Below, one piece after another: positions 13,231 through 27,179 of a stretch of 64,000 nt of DNA. This stretch comes from Octopus sinensis (Eukaryota), in NCBI RefSeq assembly GCF_006345805.1, contig NC_043002.1, positions 88,288,001 through 88,352,000 of the forward strand. The letters run 5' to 3'. The first letter of the stretch is position 1, and each line of letters opens with the position of its first letter. The notes below the pieces were generated by a model that worked only from the letters and a program-made list of their open reading frames with translations, was not told the origin of the DNA and ran no database searches. Made by a program: the position numbers and the translations under genes.

Positions 13231-14586
13231 CATTCTTTTTGTAAAAACTGCTACAAATAACTACAACCATCCAACTGCAACATTCTTCTTTCAAAATTAC
13301 TAGAGATACATTTGAATTGAATTTCTCTCTTACGAAGACTGATACAAACATCAGTTTGTCTTTTTCTGCCTACTTGTATAACTTATGTTATTACATTACA
13401 AAAGAAAAAAATAGATTATACACTTATTACAAAGTGTAAGCTTTTGTGCTAAACTACTGAATAACTTCAATGTGAAAACCAGATATATTTGTATGTTCTA
13501 TTTCCCCTTAATTTGTAAAAGTGCAGTCTACAAAGTGTCATAATATAAAAAAAAAAACCCAGCTCAAATCTTCAAAATATGCTAATCTGGAGGTCAAAAA
13601 TGGATTCTTGACAAAATTATAGTTGAGAAAACAAATGTCCATGCTCTTACATGCCCACTTTTCCCAAGAAAGTCAAAACTTTACAAAAGTCCATGAAATG
13701 GCCTCTTTTTGCTTACTGTATACAGGCATCAGTGATCATGGACTCCCATGTCTTCATGTTCCAACTAAACTTAGTACTTTATTGGCCTGGTTCTTCTGAA
13801 GACAACTGGAAAACCAATTACAAAAATTAGAACAATGTTCTTTATATTTTGATACCCTCATTTCCAAGACAATTTTTAGCAAATTTTTGTCACAATTATG
13901 TGTCAAAAATCTGGTTTCTATCCATTAAAAATTATCATCATCATTATTAGTAGTATTAGAACTGTCATGTTGCCAAAGACAAGATTTGAGGAATTACTTG
14001 TACAACATTCCTGGCAATAATATTTGCTAATTCTCCCCAGAACTTTTGTGTAATTGTAGTCAAGTTTTGTTTGTTATACATTTTAATGCTGGAATGCTAA
14101 GAACCATTAGTGTGGAACTTACAACAATTTATGATTAGGCTTCAAATATTTGAAGAGTGAATGAGTGAGTGTGTGTGAAATCCAAAGTGCAAACACTGTT
14201 AAAGATGTTAACAGTCTTCGGTTGGTGTAAACTTCAAGAGTGGCAAACAAATTTACACATTAACAACATGTACACATATTAACAAGAATCTTATTGGCAA
14301 CTTATCTCACAACAAACTGCTCTTTTAGTCAAGAGCCCATACTCTTCCACCACAATGGAAGTAGCTTTTTCAGCCAACTCAGACACAGCTATCACACAGT
14401 ATTGTTATGCCAACATCTAACAGAGGTGGTGAAGACCATTTTTATGTTGGAATGCCACAATGAAGTAGCCATCTGACAAGGACACATTTAAAAAGTGGAG
14501 GGACTAAACCTATTATTTTATAAAATACAATTATTCATAGAAACTCAAAACAAAAGCATCAAAGTTTCAGAATAAATAGCCTTAAC

Positions 14587-14811
14587 ACTTTAGCATTCAG
14601 ACTACTCTGTCAAATGTAATGCTTATTTATTCAAATTGATTTGAATTAGTCATGCATTACCTCATAGCTTTGAGATTTCAATGATGTGATTGCTCATTTT
14701 TAGAATAATATAATATAATATATAAGGTAAGTGTGAGAGACTGGATATAAGGCCAGTTTAAAAATAGGTACAATATTTTGACCAGATACAGCTTGTTGAA
14801 ATGCTAAAGGG
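14587..14811 (+). mobile_element. piggyBac-like MITE family P1
   Basis: TTAA|CACTTTAGCATT ... AATGCTAAAGGG|TTAA; related copies at 15317, 15782 and 53784. Confidence 0.75.
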
Positions 14812-15316
14812 TTAATATAACTTCTTGAATTTTTTTGAAAAGTGCAATTATTTTAGACAAGTAATTCCAATTCTAAATAAAGAAATATAGGAGTTTCTAA
14901 AACTCACAATCAGCTGGAATGGTTGACTTTAAAAAAAAAGTTAAATCAAAAAATATATTCCAGTATAATGATTTTCCCTTCAAACATACTTCTTTCAGAA
15001 AGTCAACAGTTCAAAGACACCACACCTCAGTTTAATACTTAATTTGAAATAGAATTGTGTATGGTATATAATCATTCCTTCCACTTTGTAACATGCACAC
15101 ACAAACACACAGATGCCAGTGTGTGGTTATAAATCATTTCATGAGTTAGTATCTCTCCATTTGAAATTTAGAATGGGGAAGGAAGGCTTTTTTTTTTTTT
15201 TTTTTTTGTTATGAGGAGGAGATGAAATGCAAGTTACTAGAGTAAAGACATTTGTGGTGTGGAGTATATGAGAGGCCATAATTAAAATGTCATATGTAGA
15301 ATAAAGAGTGGTTTAA

Positions 15317-15521
15317 CCCTTTCGCATTTAAAGCAGCCATATCCAGTCCAAATATTCATCCTGTTCAAACTGGCCACTCATATCTACCCTTTAATATCAT
15401 TCTAAAAAAATGAACAATCAGATCACAGAAATCTTGAAGCTATGAGATAATGCATGATTAATTCAAACCAATATGAATAAATACGCATTCCATTTGACAG
15501 AGTGATCTGAATGCTAAAGGG
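15317..15521 (-). mobile_element. piggyBac-like MITE family P1
   Basis: TTAA|CCCTTTCGCATT ... AATGCTAAAGGG|TTAA; interior is the reverse complement of the 14587 copy. Confidence 0.78.
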
Positions 15522-15781
15522 TTAAGGAAGAGATTAAGCTTGTTTGAAAGAAGATTGTGTGTGAAGTATAATCATTCTTTTCACTTCCTTTACACATCAC
15601 ACGTCATCCCATTTCTGGCCAGCAGCTACTAAGTATAGTGTCAAAGAGGAAAGGAAAGAAAAGTTTCTTCCACCTACATAAATATAATGTGCAACTGAAT
15701 AAAAGATCCATACTGCTTTTTAATTGTAACAGCTAGTATAGTCAAACATTCCATTTTGTGCAATACAGTAACTAGCTTCAA

Positions 15782-15933
15782 CCCTTGAGCATTTAAACCA
15801 GCCATATCATTTAAACCAACCCTACAATATCATTCTTAAAATTAATTGTTGTCTCATGAAAATCTCAAAGTTACAAGATAATGCATGATTATTTCAAAAC
15901 AATGGCATTACTTTTGACAGAATGCTAAAAGGT
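15782..15933 (-). mobile_element. piggyBac-like MITE family P1, internally deleted
   Basis: CCCTTGAGCATTTAAAC ... AGATAATGCATGATT ... AATGCTAAAAGG. Confidence 0.6.
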
Positions 15934-15989
15934 TTAAACCTCCAGGGATCTAGAGGGACTTCTATTTTTTATCAATTAACTGTGTATTC

Positions 15990-16173
15990 ATTTACTTGTT
16001 TCAGTCATTTGACTGTGGCCATGCTGGAGCACTTCCTCAGAGTTTTTTAGTTGAACAAATCAACCCAAGGACATATTTCTTAAGCCTAGTACTTATTATA
16101 TTGGTCTCCTTTGCCGAACCGCTAAGCTACAGGGACGTAAACACACAAACACCATTTGTAAAGCAAGGGACAA

Positions 16174-16204
<31 letters not shown>

Positions 16205-16378
16205 CATAAATATATATATATTTATACATACACACACAAACACAATGGGCTTCTTTCAGTTTCCGTCTACCAAATCCACTCACAAGGCTTTGGTAGGCCA
16301 CGGCTATAATAGTGGTGTCATATAGGACTGAACTTGAAACAATTAGGTTGAGAAGCAAGCTTCTTACCACACAGCCAA
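15990..16378 (-). mobile_element. SINE type A
   Basis: TTTACTTGTTTCAGTCATTTGACTGTGGCCATGCTGGAGCAC ... CTTACCACACAGCC. Confidence 0.88.
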
Positions 16379-18350
16379 GACTGTTAAAAAGCTTGGTTTG
16401 CAATCATGAGGCTCTAAGTCTGTTGGTTATCACTTCAGAAAGTTACAGCAAGACTATACCTCAGCTAAAGATACTCAAAAAGCAGAAACATATCAAGAGT
16501 CCTTTCATACTTCCTAGAAATAATTAGTAAAAGATCTTTTTGTTCTCTCACCGTATATTTTACATTTTAATACTCCATGCTTAAATTTGTTGACTCATTT
16601 ACATTTATAGAAACTAATTAGTTTACTTATAATGGTGAATTGGCATAGCTATTAGAACATCAGAATTCTTGTAATGGTCAATCAAGCTCTTTGAATTCAA
16701 ATTTCACTTAAGTCAACTTTGCCTTTCCTTTTTTTCAAGGTCAATAATGTATACTCCAGTAGATTGGCAGAATTGTTAGTGCTAGATGAAAAAACTTGTG
16801 GTTTCAGTTTCAACTTGTACTCTGAACTCAAATTCTGGTTAGATGATGCTGATGGCCAGGACTAATCACCTAAACTCTGGAGCACTCTATCCAATCATCA
16901 ATTGGACAATGTAGAGAAAGGTAAGCTTACAACTGATAAAAATAAGCCAGCAACAGCATGATGGGGGTTTTATCTAATAACAGATGGAAAACAGTTGAAT
17001 GGAAATGAAAGGATTTGCTTTAAGGGTTCATTCTTAAGAATAATTTGGTATATTTTAACTCAAGTTGGGAAAATTATATTTTTAACAGTTTCTAGAAAAT
17101 AAATCCTGTATTTTACATGTTTTTGACTAATTTCTTTTGCTCAATGGATTGTAGTCATGCTAAAGTACCCCCTTCAATGATTTTGAACAATCATACTGAC
17201 CCTTGTATTTATTTCAGTCTCATTCTAATTTTATCCATTTCTATCAAATACCCAAATTACATTTTGACGAAAAGGGACATAAGTAAACAGGCTTCCATAT
17301 AGTTTCTGTCTATTAAGTTCCACAAAGCATTAGTCAGCCTGAGGTTATGATGAAGATACTTGCCTAATGTGCCATGTGTTGTGAATGAACCTGCAACCAT
17401 ATGATTGCATTTTTTTTTTTTGTAACTTTAAAATTATATTAATGTATAAATATATTCACAAATTACAAATTTTAGATAATTAGTTGTTAAAACAAACATA
17501 AAAATCAATTCCTATTAGTTATGCCAATCTGAAGAGTACAAACTTGTTTCTATGTGAAATAGCCATGTCAAGATATCCATTCATATTTTCATATCGACTT
17601 CCTACTACCTCTACAACTAGTGATATAGCATTTCAAAAGTGCTTTTTTTTTTTTTGTAAGAATTTATATTTAGACTTGTTGCCATCTTATTTTGGGATGC
17701 TATCCAAATTACACTTATATCTTTTATATTGGATCAAGTAAAGAGCTGTATGTGTGTTTCATCTGATAGTCAAATGATTACATAAGAAATATTATAGCTT
17801 CCTCATATTTTTGTTGTTTTAGTATAGTTTTTTTTCCATCCCTTCTAATGTTTGCATGTTAACTAGAGACATTGTGGTTTATTATAGCACTAGCAGCCAT
17901 ACTTATTCACATAATCTGGTGAAGTATTTTAAGCTACGTTAACATGGTCTAGTCAGACTATGAACTAAAAAAAAAAATAAAACAAAATAAGATAAGATTA
18001 ATTCCAATCTGCAACTAATATATCCAATATTGATTAGAGAAGAGCCATAGAAACTTCCTATTTATTCATTGGCTAAAGCATTTATGTTGGCACCCAATCA
18101 GGAAAACATTCAGATAATAATTTCATCATGCATACGCGAGATGTAAGAAAGAGAACATGTTAAATACAGCCTTTTCTCAACATTTCATTACTATAGTATC
18201 AAGATATGAAATAACTTGTTGAATGTTAACTTCAACTGTCAGAAACAAATGTGTAATTTATGATATTTGAAGAATTAGCAGAATATAAGTAACATAAAAA
18301 CTAATTCTGGCATATCTCAGATATTTAGTGACCAAATCTATATAAAGGCA

Positions 18351-18790
<440 letters not shown>

Positions 18791-19394
18791 CTTGACATCA
18801 CCATCATGCAGAGGGAAATATCACTTTACTTGAAAGTAAAGCGAGGGTTGGCAACAGGAAGGACATCTACCTGTAGAAAATCTACCTCAGCAAATTCTGC
18901 CTGAAGTGGACGTTAAATGTGCATGGAAAAGTTGACATTAAACGGTCTACTCAATGTGTTGTCAGCCTAGACACTCAATAGTCAAGTATTAATATTCTGG
19001 TACTACAATATCTATAGCAAGATCCATATTGTTACTAACCCAGTCCACTTAGCTGAAATGAGAGCCAGATAAAGCAGATTTGTCATAATCTAGAAGTAAA
19101 AAGTTTCCAGCAGTGTCCCAATGATAATGGCTTATTGGACTGACAATACAAAATACTTCTATGAATGTACCTAAATATAAAGACAAAATAGGTGGAAGAA
19201 CACAGGCTAAAAATCAACTTGTAAAACAAGTGACAAGCACAGTAAACATTTTAAATAGGTGCAAACTAAGGAAAATATCTAGTAATTAAACATAATACTG
19301 TCCAATTTCAGGGAATAGCTGTAATTTTGTTAAAAAAAAAACATGCAAATAGTATGCAAAATAAATTCCTTTTCAGGCAGATGATATTTTTTAT

Positions 19395-19570
19395 AAAATA
19401 CTAGACAGAACCTTCTCCAAGTAATGAAAAACTTTCATGCCAAATTTGGTACGGATTGATCCAGCGGTTTGGCCATGCATACAGGAAACACACACAGTGA
19501 ATTTTATAGATGTAAGCCAACTGACTAGACCTCAGCAAATTACCAGTAAAGATTTTATAAATTACAGAAA
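19395..19570. mobile_element. Possible Helitron-like non-autonomous fragment
   Basis: CCAAATTTGG...GATCCAGCGGTTTGGCC...ACACACAG...TTTATAGAT resembles rolling-circle element 3' segments; recall only. Confidence 0.3.
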
Positions 19571-22337
19571 GATGGAATTTAACCCTAGTAAGTTCTGAAC
19601 TTAGACAACGAAGCACCAAAGTAAATCCTACCAGTTATTCAGCTAATTAGCAAGTCATTATTACTTTGTGTGATAAAACATTTCACAACTGAAGCTCATT
19701 TCAATATGACCTTTTATATTATTTTTTTACTGGATTAAACTAGAGGAAGGAGTTGTACTCATGGCTTTACAGACCCAACAAGACCAGTTAGACTGAAGCT
19801 AGTCTATATTTAACTTGAGTTTGCCAGTCAATAAGCTGCAGCAAAAATGGGAGAATGAAGAAAATTTCAGGAGGCTGATTCTCTGGAGAGGAAAGACAGG
19901 AGATAGTGGTTAGTATGACAAGAGTAGGAGACAAGACAGCCTAGGTAGAGGTGGCATGGAACCGGCCACTTTAACAGTAGTAGAAAAGGCAAAGATGTAA
20001 ACATTTTCGATTTTACAAGCAAATAACCGTTCCAGTTAAACTACAAAAACAAGCAAACACTAGACAATCTTAAATTACTAATTTGTTTATAAATGGTCTA
20101 ATGTTTTTAATTACATATAAAGCACTATTGTTCTGACATCTGTGTCTTGCTCAAGAGTATTAAACTCAGTGAATGATACTATTTAGATTAAGATACAAAT
20201 GAACACTTAACATTATCAAACCCATTTGTGAGTGAATGGGCAGGCACAGAGCAAATAAGATAAATATAAAATACGTGTACATTAGAATTATTTTTATTAC
20301 ATCCTCATATGTAGATTTAAGGTAGCTTTGGTATTTAAAACAACCTAGATATAAGAACATTATAAAGCTGCACCAATGAAAATGATTGGTTGAAATATAT
20401 CCATCATTATAAAAGAATTCTTTTCAACCCACAAAATACCAGCATTAATTTTAGGATTAGAATGTGTAGGCACATAATTATTATAACACTAAAACTCTGC
20501 AGTAGACTCAAACAAAAATTGGTTTAATACATGTTGGCAATGTATTGCAATCATAAAAGGAAGAATGTTCCCATATAATTTCATACCTGGAAGCAATAGA
20601 TCGAAAGGATGACAAGCAAAGTTGACCTGAACAGTCTTAGAACTCAGGAGTGCAGAGAATCTGAACAAATACTGTAGACATTCTAGCCAATGATCTAATG
20701 ACTGGTAATAGGCCACTCATACAAATAACAGTCGATATTCCAGTAACTAACTTCATATTTTATATTGTTCATCAGGTAAAAATTTCTGCGATTGTAAATC
20801 CCTATCCACTATGTATTTCTCTTATTTAATAACAAATTTCACTGAACATCGATTTCTACTCAGTACTTTTCAATGAACTTCTATGATCTTGAGCAGCATT
20901 TCCCAGTCAAGATTTCCTAGAAACCTAGATTTTCATGAAAGATCAATGAATTATATTCAAAATACTAGTATCAAATGACCTCTTAGTAGGGAACTACTAA
21001 TCTCTACAAGGTTTTGGGTTTCTTGAACTTTCTTCAGGCATCAAATGGATTTAGCAGTCAAATTTTTCAAAGACAGTTTTATGGTTTGTTTAATCATTTA
21101 TGAGATTTAACTCGAAGAAAGAGAATGAAAAGTATTAATAAAAGGTATGTGGTAGTTTTTACAAAGGTATACTCTGACACAATGAATGCATTTCAAGGAT
21201 TACCAGAGAGTAAGAAGTTTAGAAAACGTTTAGTCAAAAAATAATTCCTTTAGAATGATTTCATCATTTGGTCAACAATATAAAAATTTAAATTCATCAC
21301 CAAAAATAGTGATTATATGATAGCTTTTTAATTATTGCAGAAATGTTTTAATTTATAAGCTTTCCCAAGTTACTTCGAAACTAATTATACATTACTTCTA
21401 GGGTCAGAATGACTATTCATAAATGAAAATGTTTAATTACAAGAGGAATCCATTATCTAATGACTGTTAATCTGAGAATAAGCAAAACTTTGACAGAAAA
21501 GATTTTAATAAGACTTCTTTCTATGTATTTCTCTATTCACAGACATCTTCCTCCACTATGTTGTTACATTATAAAAAGTTATATAATGAATCGAAAATTT
21601 TTGAGATAATTATCAAATCCTATAACAAACTGTTTATTGACTTGCTATATGAAAAATGTTAACACTCCCTAATATAAAGGCTAAGTTTGTACTGCAAAAA
21701 AACTATCCACACCGTTTTAAATTCAGTATTCATGCATAATATGCACTTATGCAAATCAAGTACACCTAATTATGGGGAATGAAGTCTCTGAAGAAAAGTC
21801 ATGTATAAGATGCCCTGACTTTAGCGTTACAATGAATGGAAACAAGAATGCTAAGTCAGATTTGTTGTAACTGCTGCTCAAGCTGCCCTGCACACAAAAT
21901 CACCTGCTTGTTGGAGTATGCGTGTGTATATGTTAGTGAAGGATATGAATTTCAAAACCACAGTATAATTCAAAAGTTAAATCATGTTTTTTAAATTTTT
22001 TTTTTTCATTCCCCTTGAGAAAAAAATGTGACTTAACTATAATTGCAGGTATATTACCATAGCAAAAATTAACATTATTAACGAAATTTAAACTTTTCTT
22101 TATATTTCTTTGATAATGAATAGAACTTACTCCCAGTCATACTGTCAAGAATATAGCCATACACTCAGGGTGGGGCAAAGTACGTTAATATTTAGTTCTC
22201 ATTTGTAATGTCTATTCCTGACATCTAAATCCATTATCCCCACAAAATATTTCCCCATCTTTTTCATCCTATTCAAGGGATAAAGGTTATGTTTTACATG
22301 ATTAAGAACATTCTTACACATGCAAACAATACCCAGG

Positions 22338-22552
22338 GGTGCTGGCAGAATCATTAGCACCACAAGACAAAATGCTTAATGACGTTTCTTCCAACTATTT
22401 ACATTCTGAATTCAAATTCTGATGAGGCTGACTACCATTCATCTTCTCGGGGTCAATGAAATAGGTACCAACTGAGCACTGAAATCAATGTAATCAAGCA
22501 GTCTCCCCACAAATTTCAGACCTTGTATCTTTAGTAGAAAGGTTTATTATTA
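22338..22552 (+). mobile_element. SINE type B, degenerate
   Basis: GCTGGCAGAATCATTAGCAC ... GAATTCAAATTC ... CTTCTCGGGGTCAATGAAATAGGTACCA. Confidence 0.7.
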
Positions 22553-23364
22553 TTAATGATAATAATTCTGCAATAATTATCTGATATTGTTACTGCTTGT
22601 ATGCAATAATGTTTAAACATAAAAGAATCCTGAGTGCTCATTCAAGCCTTTAATTTTATTACTTTATCTCCCAAAGTGCATAGTATTTGAAGTGCCAGTA
22701 ATTATTAATAAGTTAGAAGTTTAACCAGTACAATAGTGAAGCTACCTGTAAAGCAGGCAGTAAATTTTTCTCCATGGGAGTACTGCTTATTACAATCAAC
22801 ATGAATGAGAAGCAGTGAGGGGGACAATTCTGCATGTTTTGTTTTTTTTTAACTTACCAAGTATGGAGGAAAGAGAACAGCAATAGGGCCTTTGCAACCA
22901 TTGCTCCTTGTGAAACTTTGTAAGTAATGCCCACAGGAGAGATATGAACAGGAAGGAAATTATAGTAAGGAATGACCAAGTATGGGGTCTGGAAGGGAGA
23001 CAGGTACAACAAGGAAAATTAGAGAGACAAGGACGCTTGAGTAGAAGTCACACAAGCCCAGCAAGCTCCAAGGTGCAGTAGAAAAGACAGAGGGAGGAGA
23101 CAGCACACTTCAGTGGGTCAAAGGTGGTGCTTGTCTGAGTTTATGCCAATCCAATAGGCAGGTCTGTTATGTGTGTGTGTATGCAACAGTAACACCATCA
23201 TCCCAGATGTTAGAGCAATGTTTCATTTCAGTAATCGCCATAACTTTAGAAAGCACCAATAATTGTTGAGAGCTGAAGCATCTTCTGACCAAGAAGAGAA
23301 GGGTCCGTCACTGACATGCAGATGCAACTATGTTGAAGATGTACTTTTACTAGAAGTGACTTAA

Positions 23365-23585
23365 CCCTTTCGTTACCGTATTTATTTTGAGATGCTCAGT
23401 GTTTCTTTCAATTTATTTTAAATATAACCAAGAATTTAGTAAAATAAGTTAGTTATCATTAAGCTAGTATTGGGAACAAATTGTGACTAAAGGTTTGGTG
23501 GAAGATTTTAATTCAAAACTTATGAAAACAAGACATTTGTACTACAGAGCCAGAGGCGGTTTTGGTCAGGTTGGTATCAAACGGG
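23365..23585 (+). mobile_element. piggyBac-like MITE family P2
   Basis: TTAA|CCCTTTCGTTAC ... ACGGG|TTAA; nearly identical interior to 57367-57586. Confidence 0.85.
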
Positions 23586-24041
23586 TTAAGAATGCTTTAG
23601 GCAAGGGATCAAAAGGATTGGCTCTAGTTTGTGAGGCAGGGAAGTTTGCAGGCAGTCAATGCATAGAGTTATCCCTCATGCTTGAGATAATGCTTTGCCA
23701 AATGTACAACCACAAGTTGTTTTGCACTTACAATTCACTCCTGATACTAAATATGCTCTCTACTCCTGTTCTACATGATCATGCAGCATAGATATACCAA
23801 CCAAACCACCTTCAAATCATAATATTGTACTACTGAGAAAGGACACATTCAATAATGTATTTTTGTATATCCCCTAAGACAACACACAGATCATAGCTTG
23901 AATAACTGATCATAGGTTTGCTAAATCAGAGTTGCCCTAGGGTTAAACAACTGCTATATTGTATCTATAACTTTATTTCACTAAACAGCAACAATTTCAG
24001 CAGTTATAAAATGTCAAGAAATGTCATCACAAAAAAAAAAA

Positions 24042-24451
24042 AGGCACAGGAGTGGCTGTGTGGTAAGTAGCTTGCTAACCAACCACATGGTTCCGGGTTC
24101 AGTCCCACTGCGTGGCATCTTGGGCAAGTGTCTTCTGCTATAGCCTCGTGTCGACCAATGCCTTGTGAGTGGATTTGGTAGACGGAAACTGAAAGAAGCC
24201 TGTCGTGTGTGTATATATATATTTGTATATATATGTGTGTGTGTGTGTGCTTGTGTGTCTGTGTTTGTCCCCCTAGCATTGCTTGACAACTGATGCTGGT
24301 GTGTTTACGTCCCCATCACTTAGCGGTTCGGCAAAAAGAGACCGATAGAATAAGTACTGGGCTTACAAAGAATAAGTCCCGGGGTCGATTTGCTCGACTA
24401 AAGGTGGTGCTCCAGCATGGCCGCAGTCAAATGACTGAAACAAGTAAAAGA
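24042..24451 (+). mobile_element. SINE type A, full length, little decayed
   Basis: tRNA-like head with A-box-like TGGCTGTGTGG and B-box-like GGTTCAGTCCC, core, internal (TA)/(TG)n, tail CAAATGACTGAAACAAGTAAAAGA; CpGs retained. Confidence 0.93.
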
Positions 24452-25297
24452 AAAAAATATCTACTTAACTTTCTTTTAATAAATTTAACTTATTACAAAC
24501 AGTAATGACAAAGAAATATTCAAAGACAGGGGAAGTTGAAAGTAATATGTAGATTCTAAAATAGAAGTCAATTATTCATTTGCGGTAGTCTACAAGTTTG
24601 CTTAAGATTACAATAACAGCTTCAGGTATAAACTTGCAACAAGCAATATAATATTCATTTCTAAATAAGACCATTTAAACTATTGATTACCATCACCAAC
24701 ACAATGAATAAACATTTACAAGTAGAGCAACTGAATGATGTTCATTGGGTTAGAGTAGATTTAAGTCTGTTTCTATTCGCTTTGTTTTTGCTTATGGCTT
24801 TTTTTTTTTAAAGTAATGTTTCCTGAGTCAATATCTAATAATGTGTGTGTGTGTGTGTATAAAATCAAAATTACTTGATATCTTTGTGACATTGAAGGAT
24901 TAAAATTGATTTGATAAAATATTTTTTAAAGATAAAATGTTAACATAGATGAAAACCCTTGGCTGGAAAAAAATAAGGCTGATGGATACCTACGGGACTT
25001 GAGTCATGCAGCTTCAATACTCATAACGTGTTAATCAATTATACGAAATTAATTCATATGTAAATGTAAAACAGCCCTACTTTCTCTTTCTCACTTGTTA
25101 GATCAAAATGTCTAATTTGAAGAAAGAAGGACCAAGAGTTACTTAAATGTAATTGGTCAGCAGGTCTGCCATAGGTACAAAAGATATGTAATTCAAGTCT
25201 CTTAAGTCGTTGTCAGCATTTTGCTCCCTATATATTATATGCCATTATTTATAGATGTACCCACTTTGAGATACACCATTAAAATGATATTTTTTTT

Positions 25298-25672
25298 ATT
25301 TGTTTCAGTCATCAGACCATGATCATAATTAGGGCACTGCCTTGCAGCAGACTTTTAGTTGAATGGATCAACACCAGTATTCTTTTTTTTTTTTCTTTTT
25401 TTTTAGCCAGGTACTTAATTCTATCTTTTGCTGAACTGCTAAGTTATGAGAACATAAACACAACAACATTGACTGTCAAGCAGTGATAGAGGAAAGACAC
25501 ACACACACACACACACACATTCAACAAGTCTATCAGTTTCCATCAACCAAATCCACTCACAAGGCTTTTGTTGGCCCAAGCCTATAGTAGACACTTGCTC
25601 AAAGTGCCACACAGCGTGACTGAACTCAGAACTGTGTGGTTGGGAAATAAAATTCTTGCCACACTTGCACCT
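25298..25672 (-). mobile_element. SINE type A, degenerate
   Basis: TTGTTTCAGTCATC ... CCAAATCCACTCACAAGGC ... CACTTGCACCT. Confidence 0.8.
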
Positions 25673-27179
25673 ATATATTTACATATTTCTCAAAAGCTAC
25701 AATTTAAATTTTTTTTAAGTATTTTCAATAAGCAAATAACTAATGCACTTGTTAAAATTAAAAATTGAAGAACGAAAATAAAATCCATTTTAAAATAGAT
25801 TATTGAACGATGTTTTATAAATATCTAATAAAAATTTTAAATCCTGCAGATTCATAAAAAAAAAGATTGAGAATACTCAAGGGATAAAAATAAATCTGAG
25901 CTGATTCTAGTCTTTCAATTATTTCAGGTGTTCAACTTTTCTCCATATTCCAAGATCTCTAATAACTGTATAATGATTTTTAATGGTTAGATATATATAG
26001 TAACTACAGCAGCTACAGAACACTCTTCTTACAAAGAATTTAATGAAACTGTTTTAAAATAATTTTCATTTAAGTTGCTACAGTAAAATGAAGATGTTCA
26101 GTTGCCTTTTTTCTTTTTCTTTTTTTTTTAAATTTCCATGTAACAGCAATTGCTGATTCATTAAGAAAAATAGGAAAAATAACCACAGAGAAAAAAAAAA
26201 TTGGATATATAGTTTTTAGCCCAACAAAATATGGATATGTATATTTATATGTCACTATGTGTGGAATGAGTATGTGAAAATGACAATATTAATTTTTATT
26301 TATCTAAACTAATGCAATAATAATTTTAAAAAAAACAGGTTTGTGAATATACCTGAAAATTAATTAATCAAAATGAAAAAGGAATTAATTGCAATGATGA
26401 CATCAATTAAATATCTCATCCATAACTAATATAAATCATGACCTACAAAATAATAGACATTTGTAATTTTGGTTAATAAATATACCAGAGTGAAATATGA
26501 ATAGTGATTGATTTTTTTTTCCAATTCAATGTGATAAAATACACACACATTAGTTGAGGTTAATTTACATGGTGAACCAATGTGAGTGAGTGTGTGTAAA
26601 TGCTTACAAACTATGGTGAATTATAGCTACAAATGCTGATATCACTGTCTGCAGTTCAACTACAAAAGGTGACATCACTGGTTGTGGCTGAGATGCAACT
26701 GGTGATGTTTGCTGACATTTTTTCTAAAGTAGTTGTCCACTAACTCTTCATATTCAGAAATAGCTAAGGGTTCAGGACACGAAGAACATCCAGCGGTAAA
26801 AATCCTGTCTTGATTACCTTCAGCCTAAGCCATGCTAGCATAGAAAAAAGATATTAAAACAAAACAAGCCACAACTGGAATTCCTGGAATACACAAATCA
26901 ACATTAAGTATGAAAGAAAAAATCCAAAACAAAACCAGACTTTTAAAAAAGGTAGCAGTGCCCCAGGAGAAAATATCACACAAAACAGAGAGCTTAAAGC
27001 ACCAAAACCACACACCTAAACAGAACACCAAAAGTAATGTTACAACCTTCCTATTAAAGTCACCAGTGCGAAGCTTAATCTTCCCAATGTTGGTGACAAA
27101 AGCAATCAACCAACTAAAATCGAAGTACAACAAAAACAAAATCAAAATCGATCAACATCAATGGAAATCATAGCTATGA

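Noticed and set aside
22858-22901. Candidate UGCG exon 1 (MVAKALLLFSFLHT + TG|gtaagt)
   Set aside because: Phase fits and it is hydrophobic, but it is too short for the transmembrane helix and lacks the conserved W/H/A/Y spacing; probably chance.
24042-24115. tRNA gene
   Set aside because: A/B-box-like motifs are the head of a SINE; no complete cloverleaf, and the same head recurs in many decayed copies.
26825-27173. Overlapping 106-aa and 87-aa ORFs
   Set aside because: Low-complexity A/C-rich strand bias; no domain similarity recognised.
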